Below, piece after piece: positions 54,377 through 64,000 of a stretch of DNA of 64,000 nucleotides (its first letter is position 1; each line of letters starts with the position of its first letter). The DNA is from Octopus vulgaris (taxonomy: Eukaryota): contig OX597824.1 of assembly GCA_951406725.2 (NCBI GenBank), forward strand, positions 84,754,001 through 84,818,000, written 5' to 3'. Made by a program: the position numbers and the translations under genes. The notes under the pieces are model-generated. The model saw only the letters and a list, made by a program, of their open reading frames with translations, searched no databases and was not told where the DNA came from.

Positions 54377-55400
54377 ATGTGTGTGTGTATGTGCGCGCGC
54401 GTGTGCCTGTTGACATACCGTATTTACTGATGCATAATGTGAGAATTTTTTTATGAGACATCAGAGTCAAAATTGGTGGATGGGGAAAGAGGATGAATTA
54501 ATACAGTCAGCCATCACTTGCTAATTATTTTGAAGTGCCTGTGTAATCGTGGACAGACATGGACACTCTCTTATACTTATAATTTCAAATAAAGGTAAAA
54601 AAAGGAATTAAAAATGAGGGAGTACCTGAAGGTAAGAGAGATGCAACCCTCGCCCTCGGCTCAGCAGAACATCCAAGATGTGACAACTGTGGAGAGGGAG
54701 GAGACAGAGAGAGAACTGCGTCAGCACCAAACTCGTACCCATTACAACTGAGGAGGTTGGAACAACGATAAATAAAGTGCTTTTTCAAGGACGGAACGTA
54801 CTTCTTGGTCCAAAAATTGAACCTACAACTGTATGATCATGAACGGAATGCCCTAACCATAAAGCCACGCATTTTGCTCTCGTTGACAAAATTGTTTACT
54901 TTTTCAAATATTTAGTAAAATATAGAATGTTCGTGGAAATGTTATACAATAAGTCATTGACCACAATATTTATTACAAACAAAATCTGAGAAATATTTTC
55001 CCAAGAAAAATACCAAACGTTAGGCAAGCCCTTCTCTCACTAAACTAATTATCTTGTGATTTTGAGGCCAAACGCTTCTAACTACTGTGCCATGCGTCTT
55101 CACAAAAGGGAATTAAATTATATAACATCTATCCTCCTTTATCACGGGTTTTTGGTTTAAAAAAAAAAGACAGTGATAAATAAAACATCTCCGTCCACTT
55201 TGTAAATGGAATGAATGGTAGGTTCAAAGACATCAAACTCGCGACCCACAGCGGTGGAAGCTTAGTTTCCAGCGTCACGTATTTTCCTAATCATTTCTAC
55301 TTTTACCTGCGTCGAAGGTTAGGATTCAGCGCCTTCGTATTATTTTCTGTTTGCAGGTCCCATGTTGATGGATACGAGCACATAAATATGTATTAAAAAA

Positions 55401-55622
55401 GGCGGTGAGCTGGCAGAACCGTTAGCACGCCGGGTGAAACGCGCAGCCGTATTTCGTCTGCCGTTACGTTCTGAGTTCAAATATCGACTTTGCCTTTCAT
55501 CCTTTCGGGCTCGATAAATTAAGTACCAGTTGCGCACTGGGATCGATGTAATCGACTTAATCCCTTTGTCTGTTCTTGCTTGTCCCCTCTATGTTTAGCT
55601 CCTTGTGGGCAATAAAGAAATA
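55401..55622 (+). mobile_element. SINE B
   Basis: TSD AAATATGTATTAAAAA at 55385 and 55623. Confidence 0.9.
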
Positions 55623-56371
55623 AAATATGTATTAAAAAATTACGCAGCCTCACAGCACGGTCATGCAAACTCAAACGATGGTCAGTACTTTCTGGGTAGC
55701 TGGGTACTGTGGATGATTGTAGGGACGCGTTTTTATGGTATAAGCAGAATCTTCGACTTATCGCCGACCCGTGGTATCAAACATCAATCCGTGATGAACG
55801 TAACATGGTTCACAATTGAGCGTACGATATTTATCTGGATCAGTGATGAATGAATTGGCGAAAAAACGCGGCTACACGTGTACTAATTTTTTAAGTACAA
55901 AAAGCGGTGGTCGGATTAACTTCGAGATATTATTATACACCAGTAAAATATGGTTTTTCTTTTGTATGTATATATGTCAGCTTGGGACGATGTATTTATT
56001 ATACATGTGAACATGTGGGCGTATGGAAATGTGAATTAGTCCTAGAATATGGGTGGTAAGAACGACAAAAATAGTCAGGCAAACGCGTGATATGCCCAAC
56101 GCTCAGTGAGAACCGCGCTTGCACACAGAGCTATGGGGGAATACCTCTAAGGCTATCATAACATAAACTCGACCCACATCTAGAGTGGTAATTTAACGCA
56201 TAAGTAAAATCATTTTTCTTTTTCTTTTCTTTTAATTTCTCTATTCTTTATTTTAGGTTTTTTTTTTTTTTTTTAGGGTCGGGGTAGTATGGTGGTTGTG
56301 GGACATTTCTCGTCATCAGCTTCTCACTTCGTATAAAGTTTCATTCAATGCTAAATGGGGGGGGAGAAGCG

Positions 56372-56743
56372 TTCTTCTTCTTCTTCTTCTTCTTCTTCTT
56401 CTTCTTCTTCTTCTTCTTCTTCTTCTTCTTCTTCTTCGTCGTCGTCGTCGTCTTCTTCTTCTTCTTCTTCTTCTTCTTCTTCTTCTTCTTCTTCGTCTTC
56501 TTCTTCTTCTTCTTCGTCGTCGTCGTCGTCGTCGTCTTCTTCTTCGTCGTTGTCGTCGTCGTCTTCTTCTTCTTCTTCTTCTTCTTCTTCGTCGTCGTCG
56601 TCGTCGTCGTCTTCTTCGTCGTTGTCGTCGTCGTCGTCGTCTTCTTCTTCTTCTTCTTCTTCTTCTTCTTCTTCTTCTTCTTCTTCTTCTTCTTCTTCTC
56701 CATCTTCTTCTTGTCCTCCTCCTCCTCCTCCTCCTCCTCCTCT
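56372..56743. repeat. Compound (CTT)n/(CGT)n/(CCT)n trinucleotide tract
   Basis: Visible directly. Confidence 0.95.
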
Positions 56744-56980
56744 TCCGCCTTCTACATCATCGTCATCATCCCCTTCATATTTTTCTTCGAGTCAAGTCGA
56801 GACCGCGACACAGTTTTCCATTTTCAGTTAATGCAAATTCTCGTTCACGAACGCTTACGCCATTTTGAAAATTAAAAAAAAATGTCAACGCAACACCACA
56901 GCCTCCCATTATGAAACCAATGTATTATGTAAGAGTGCTCTCGCTACACATAATTGTTTAGCAATACCTACCGTGATACC

Positions 56981-57213
56981 TATTTCTTTATTACCCACAA
57001 GGGGCTAAACACAGAGGGGACAAACAAGGACAGACATAGATATTAAGTCGATTACATCGACCCCAGTGTGTAACTGGTACTTAATTTATCGACCCCGAAA
57101 GGATGAAAGGCAAAGTCGACCTCGGCGGAATTTGAACTCACAACGTAACGGCAGACGAAATACCGCTAAGCATTTCGCCCGGCGTGCTAACGTTTCTGCC
57201 AGCTCGCCGCCTT
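56981..57213 (-). mobile_element. SINE B
   Basis: 15-bp TSD ACCTACCGTGATACC at 56966-56980 and 57216-57230. Confidence 0.92.
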
Positions 57214-57457
57214 TAACCTACCGTGATACCCTTTTACCACAAGATGAGCTGGAGCATTGAGAGTCGTCGTATTTGCGGATGTATAAGACACACTTTTTGA
57301 TCTTTAAATGTATCAGAAGCTTAGTCTGCGACTGTTAGGGGTTAGGGAACTAGATGAACATAAGGTCCGTTAAGTAACACAAGACATTATAACCCAAAAT
57401 ACGAGTTTTACGATTACAGACTGTATGGCAATTCTCTTGATCCAAATATATACATTG

Positions 57458-57740
57458 GTACTCCGTCAACGAAACAGCTTGCTCGTAAAATTTATGTGCG
57501 AGTGGCTGAACACTCCACGTACACACGTACCCTTAACGTTGTTCTCAGGGAGATTCAGCGTGACACAGAATCTGAGAACGTTGGCCCTTTCAAATACAGG
57601 TACAACTCATTTTGGCCAGCTTAGTGGACTGAAGAAACGTCAAATAAAGTGTCTGGCTCAAAGCCGTAACGCGCCGCCAGGACGCGAACTCACGACCTTA
57701 CGATGGTAAACCGAATACCCTAACCACTGAGCCACGCGCA
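57458..57740 (-). mobile_element. Old SINE D with tail T2
   Basis: Reverse complement similarity to 48280-48595. Confidence 0.72.
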
Positions 57741-57789
57741 TTCCCTACACACAGCTATACAGTTGATCTGTATAAGAGGGTAGATAGAT

Positions 57790-57888
<99 letters not shown>

Positions 57889-58060
57889 CATTTGATTAAT
57901 GAGAGACGTAAGATTTTCTCCGTCTTCTTCATCTTCTTCTCCATCTTCCTCAATTTCTCTTCCTCCTCCTCGACGCGCTAGATGGGTCGAAACAATCGTA
58001 GTGGCTAATAAAAACTCATGTATCTTCCATCTTCTGTCTCTCATTAACTAAATACATAAC

Positions 58061-58107
<47 letters not shown>

Positions 58108-58561
58108 TTCTCTTCCGCGCGTGATCATCTTTCTTTTCTTTCTGGATTGTCTTAAGGACAACAGGTATCCGATCTCTCTCTTCCATCTTTCTCTTGTCAA
58201 AGAAAATATTTCTCCAGAGTTCGCTATTTTACCCTCGTTCTGGTCTTACGACCCTCCATGTTTGTTTTCGTTCGGTTTCCCTGTATGTCCCCACTGCCCT
58301 GTCTTTGTTCCCAGCTTTGACACTCCATAAATCCCAAATTTAATTTTGGTACTTATGGAAGCAACTGTCTTCCAAGACTCATATTGTCGTTCAGTGCTCG
58401 AAATGGGGAGTAGATTGCCGACAACTGATGAAGGGTCGTCGTTTATGTTACTAGTCCTGTTTTCCATTTGTTTCTATCGTTGTTTGCATATTGAACTCAT
58501 TTGCTTTGTATTTCATGTTGTTTGCTGTTGGTGACGTCTTGTACCCATATATGCATGTGTA

Positions 58562-58648
<87 letters not shown>

Positions 58649-58835
58649 TCTTTTTGTTTCAGGTGACAATGGAGTTGCGCATAATATAATCTAGTCCGGC
58701 TTTTACATTTCATGTCCTAATACATCTCCTGCTGTGGCTGTGTAGTCATATCCTGGACAAAAACTCCCTCTGGCAGGTGCGCAAATGTAGCGAAGACTTT
58801 GCCTGGCTGGTTGTAATGGCATAGATTCTTGTTTA

Positions 58836-58891
<56 letters not shown>

Positions 58892-58895
<4 letters not shown>

Positions 58896-59076
58896 AGTGT
58901 TTACGAAAAAAAACAAAAAACGAAGTCAGGTGGTGTACAAAACAAACAGATGTATTAGTATAACGCTCAGGAATAGAAAAATTATTTTACGTTTCGAGCC
59001 TACGCTCTTCTACAGAAAGGGACACAGAAAAAAACAAGGAGAGAAACAAGGAATGAAAAAGAGGAGAGAAAAAAGG
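58892..59076 (-). mobile_element. Family H1 hammerhead-bearing element in (TA)n
   Basis: Minus strand of 58984-59020 reads CCTTT-CTGTAGA-A-GAGC-GTAG-GCTC-GAAAC-GTA-AAAT. Confidence 0.7.
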
Positions 59077-59109
<33 letters not shown>

Positions 59110-59526
59110 CATGTGTGTGTGTGTGTGTGTGTATGTATGCATGTATATGTATATATATAAGAGGATAAAACTGAAAAGAAGCCCGTCGTACATATATGTA
59201 TATATATATATATATGTGTGTGTGTGTTTGTTCCTCTTCGCCATCGCTGGCGATCTAATCGCACTGTAAGGCCGTACGAGTACATCGGACGGGTGTTATG
59301 TTTTAAATATATACAACTTAATAAACATTGCATAAAACTGTCACACTCGTGACTAAGAGTAAGTGGCCGTCAGAGAAGGGGAGGGGCGAAAGAGAAAGAC
59401 AGAGAAGGCGTGTGAGCGCGCACGTGTGTTGAGAGACGAATACCGGTTTTAGTATGATAATTTCAAGAACAGTAAACGATTATAGATTAAAAACCAAAGG
59501 AAAAGGAAGTTTAGTACATACATACA

Positions 59527-60278
59527 TTCTTTTCTACTCTAGGCACAAGGCCCGAAATTTTGGGGGAGGGGGACCAGTCGATTAGATCCCAGTACGCAAC
59601 TGGTACTTAATTTATCGACCCCGAAAGGATGAAAGGCAAAGTCGACCCCGGCGGAATTTGAACTCAGAATGTAAAGACACACGAGATACCTATTTCTTTA
59701 CTACCCACAAGGGGCTAAACACAGAGGGGGACAAACAAGGACAGACAAATGGATTAAGTCGATGATATCGACCCCAGTGAGTAACTGGTACTTATTATAT
59801 CGACCCCAGTGAGTAACTGGTACTTATTATACTTATTATATCGATTAAGGCGGCGAGCTGGCAGAATCGTAACACGTCGGGCGAAATGTACAAATTGAGG
59901 TTTAATCGACTGGGGTCGATGTAATCCTTAATCCGTTTGTCTGTCCTTGTTTGTCCCCTCTGTGTTTAAAGGATGAAAGGATGAAAGGCAAAGTCGACCT
60001 CCCGGCGGAATTTGAACTCAGAACGTAACGGCAGACGAAATACCTATTTCTTTACTACCCACAAGGGGCTAAACACAGAGGGAGACAAACAAGGACAGAC
60101 ATAGGTATTAAGTTGATTACATCGACCCCAGTGCGTAACTGGTACTTAATTTATCGACCAGGAAAGGATGAAAGGCAAAGTCGACCTGGGCGGAATTTGA
60201 ACTCAGAACGTAACGGCAGACGAAATTCCGCTAAGCCTTTCACCCGACGTGCTAACGATTCTGCCAGTTTGCACCCTT
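59527..60278 (-). mobile_element. Rearranged nest of at least five SINE B pieces
   Basis: Minus-strand multimers, an internal ~32-bp duplication, and a plus-strand piece at 59847-59967. Confidence 0.85.
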
Positions 60279-60322
60279 ATACATACATATATTAATTGCC
60301 ATTTGGCACATCCACAAAAGGA

Positions 60323-60601
60323 CTCTCTTTACTTTTTACTCTTTTACTTGTTTCAGCCATTTGACTGCGGCCATACTGGAGCACCGCCTTTAGTCGAGCA
60401 AATCGATCCCAAGACTTATTCTCTGTAAGCCTAGTACTTATTCTATCGGTCTCTTTTGCCGAGCCGCTAAGTTACGGGGACGTAAACACACCAGCATCGG
60501 TTGCCAAGCGATGTTGGTGGGGTGGGGGGAACAAACGCAGACATACACACACAGACACACACACACACACACACATATATACATATATATATATATATAT
60601 A

Positions 60602-60656
<55 letters not shown>

Positions 60657-60903
60657 ATAGATATATATATATATTATTGAAGTATTTAAATGAATTATCT
60701 TATTACGGATTATTCAAATGATAACCGATACCTGGGTAGCAAAAATCCCAACAGAAAAATCACGGTTGAGGTTACGACCATGGGGTCTCAAACCCGTGCC
60801 TTAGTGCGACATATATACGACAGGCTTCTTTCAGTTTCCGTCTACCAAATCCACTCACAAGGCTTTGGTGGGCCCGAGGCTATAGTAGAAAACATCTGCC
60901 CAA
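60323..60903 (-). mobile_element. SINE A split by an insert in its microsatellite
   Basis: A pieces at 60323-60545 and 60810-60903; insert at ~60672-60810. Confidence 0.82.
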
Positions 60904-61070
60904 AAATCAAGAATTCATATAGTATGGTATTTGATAAGCCTGTATTTGTCTGTGTGTACACACATACACACGCACACACACATATACACACACATGCTCA
61001 TGCAACAAACAAATACTACATACACTATTTATGTATTTGTGCGTGTGTTTATGCATATAGATAGATAGAG

Positions 61071-61218
<148 letters not shown>

Positions 61219-61243
61219 TCACACACCCACACACACGCACGCA

Positions 61244-61302
<59 letters not shown>

Positions 61303-61739
61303 ACACAAGTACACATTCACAAACAGATGAAGACGTATCTAGAGTATGACCGCGTGGGAGTACAAATGCCTATTTTTAACATAAATATCTATTTTTGGTA
61401 CCGTTTTGTATCTTATATTGTTTCATAGACAAAGCAACTGGAAGCTTGTATATTTAAATATTATACAGAATAGTTGATATTTTCAGAGCTTTGTTATGTG
61501 GAGCTAAAATAAAAAAAACAGGCCAATATTACGGTGAATCACAAGGATTCATAAAGCGATGATTATTTAGCTGCAGTTTCTCTAACACCGAACAGATGAA
61601 GGAATTAATGTGGCCCTGAAAACAACGGTATTCCACAATATGGAAGGTTTTCTACATTGCTCAATTCTTTCTCTTCCCAAGAGTGTCAGCCATCTTGAAT
61701 TTTCTTCCTATGTAAAAGCATATATATATAAGCATATAT

Positions 61740-61771
<32 letters not shown>

Positions 61772-61852
61772 GCTTTTACTGAGATAGGTTTTGTTAAGCA
61801 GCATCGATTTTTACAATTCTGTGAATAATAATAATAATGTCATTTTAAAAAC

Positions 61853-62010
61853 TTAAAGCTTATAAGCGATCACAGCGCAATGACTAAAGAAAATAGTCTA
61901 ATAATTGGGCTTGTAAGACCTCGACGGAAAAAGTGTGTTTCCCCGTACGCGTGGGACTTGAACCCATATCTCTTTTCTTTCGCGACACCATTGCTACCAT
62001 TACACTTGCA
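61853..62010 (-). mobile_element. SINE family F
   Basis: A-box-like AGTGTAATGGTAGCA and B-box GGTTCAAGTCCC on the minus strand; homologous to 42325-42485. Confidence 0.65.
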
Positions 62011-62028
62011 CACAACCTGCTTCATTCC

Positions 62029-62397
62029 GGAGGAGGTGGAGGAGGAGGAGGAGGAGGAGGAGAGGAGAGGATGAAGAGAGGAGAGGAGAGGATGAAGAGA
62101 GGAGAGGAGAGGATGAAGAGAGGAGAGGAGAGGATGAAGAGAGGAGAGGAGAGGATGAAGAGAGGAGGAGAGAAGAGAGGATGAAGAGAGGAGGAGAGAA
62201 GAGAGGATGAAGAGAGGAGGAGAGAAGAGAGGATGAAGAGAGGAGGAGAGAGAGGATGAAGAGAGGAGGAGAGAAGAGGATGAAGAGAGGAGAGGAGAGG
62301 ATGAAGAGAAGAGGAGAGGAGAGGATGAGGAGAGGAGAGGATGAAGAGAAGAGGAGAGGATGAAGGGAAGAGGAGGAAGAGGGGGAGGAGGAGGAGG
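62029..62397. repeat. Purine-rich minisatellite (GATGAAGAGAGGAGAGGAGAG)n
   Basis: Units of roughly 18-24 nt, each with a single T. Confidence 0.92.
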
Positions 62398-62808
62398 AAA
62401 TGGTTTTGTCGATGGCGGTTCAATCTCAGGTCTATTTTGATTCGGCAAACCTGTGATCAAACGCATTGCAGATTTATTTTAAAGCCTTTGTATATAAATT
62501 CAATACATCCTTCTTGTTTTCTATAACAATAGTATGTGGTATGAGGGAGATTCTGGGTGCTATTTCTAGCAGATCAAAAGTTCCATTTGTGGACCATTCG
62601 CTCTTTTAAATTTCCAGCATAATGTCATCCAGAACTATATAATAAAATTTCTTCTTGTTTTAAGGCAATAGACGTACGATTTGAGAAGCATCTTACGAAG
62701 AGATGTTTTTATCCTCTCTGTCTGTCTTTCTCTTTCTTTTCCCTTTCTTTTTTCTTTCTTTTCTCTCTCTTTTTTCTTTCTTTCTTTTCTCTCACTTTCT
62801 CTCTCGCC

Positions 62809-62940
<132 letters not shown>

Positions 62941-63039
62941 GTCTGTCTATCTCTTTCTATCTATCTATCTCTCTCTCTATCTATCTATCTATTTCTCTAC
63001 CCCAAACTCTCTCAATTTATCTAACTCTTTTTCTCCTTT

Positions 63040-63114
<75 letters not shown>

Positions 63115-63184
63115 CTTCCTCCCTCTCTTTCTCGTGTGTGTACCTGTTTTGCATAAAACCCTGTGCATGTGTGTGTGTGTTTGT

Positions 63185-63223
<39 letters not shown>

Positions 63224-63532
63224 TGTATGTGTGCGCGCCGAAGGAGTAAATTAGTGCGTGCTTGCGCCCATAAATATCTATTTTGGACATTGGTGACATT
63301 GTCATATTTGCGAAGAGGCGACACACACAACGGTAAATATTTATAAATATTTGACTAATATAGCTACCGTTTGCTTGTTATTGGCTGCGTGACAGTGAAC
63401 CGTGAGTCACCCAGAAATAACTTCACACAACTTCCTTAAAATACACGCATCTCATGGAAGGAAGGTCCAATGAACTGCTCACCCACTTCACAAACAGAGA
63501 CTGAAATTTAACATTAAAATTACGCTCTAGAT

Positions 63533-63625
63533 CAGTGGTTCTCAACTGGGGTCGGTCCATTATTGGCCTTTAGTGGTCCATATAAGATTTTGGTGTTACA
63601 ATTTATATGCAAAATTCCAAATGCA
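63533..63625 (+). mobile_element. hAT (Charlie-like) element left end
   Basis: CAGTGGTTCTCAACTGGGG terminus; no right TIR found. Confidence 0.5.
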
Positions 63626-63628
63626 ACC

Positions 63629-63848
63629 CAGAGGAGAGGATGAAGAGAAGAGGAGAGGATGAAGAGAAGAGGAGAAGATGAAGAGAAGAGAAGAGGATGA
63701 AGAGAAGAGGAGAGGAGAGGATGAAGAGAGGAGAGAAGAGGATGAAGAGAGGAGAGGAAGAGAGGAGGAGAGAAGAGGATGAAGAGAGGAGAGGGGAGGA
63801 TGAAGAGAAGAGGAGAGGATGAAGAGAGGAGAGGAGAGGATGAAGAGA
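63629..63848. repeat. Second array of the same purine-rich minisatellite
   Basis: Same GATGAAGAGA core, same strand. Confidence 0.92.
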
Positions 63849-64000
63849 TGGAAACCCATGGATTTCTTCGGGCCAGACTTAAGTTGAGGAAGGAGATGTA
63901 GAAACAATGAAGGTTGTAATGGAGCAGTAGTTGTATAGAGGTGTTAGTGTGATACACACAAACGCTGATAGTTTGTCATGAGAAACGGTGCTTTTCGTTT

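Noticed and set aside
52140-58700. Candidate splice acceptors (TTTCTTGCAG ~52157, TGTTTGCAG ~55356, TGTTTCAG ~58662)
   Set aside because: No recognisable coding exon or donor follows. Small or UTR exons cannot be excluded without RNA data.
61870-62466. 198-aa Ser/Leu/Pro-rich ORF
   Set aside because: It is the antisense translation of the purine minisatellite plus SINE F.

Overview
AT-rich, repeat-saturated eukaryotic intronic or intergenic DNA. The repeat families suggest a coleoid cephalopod, most likely Octopus (my inference, not database-checked). I find no supportable host protein-coding gene; nearly all ORF-track entries are microsatellite or SINE read-through. The window contains dozens of tRNA-derived SINEs (working labels A, B, C/C', D, F) built from interchangeable heads, bodies and tails. 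It also contains LINE 3' fragments (RTE, R4/Dong, CR1/Zenon-like), a decayed Gypsy pol, mariner and DD37D transposons, non-autonomous Helitrons, MITEs, two U6 snRNA retrocopies and a ~0.93 kb tandem duplication. Most notable: (1) two families of short non-coding elements with minimal type I hammerhead ribozyme folds, one with a recurrent A6U core variant and one joined to a Pol III B-box and flanked by a 12-bp TSD; (2) a U6 3' end captured in the loop of a 31-bp inverted repeat, and a U6-SINE juxtaposition; (3) a SINE-LINE pair with a co-varying 3' stem-loop; (4) foldback and templated inverted duplications. Coordinates were read by eye and may be off by a few bases; family assignments are from recalled motifs.
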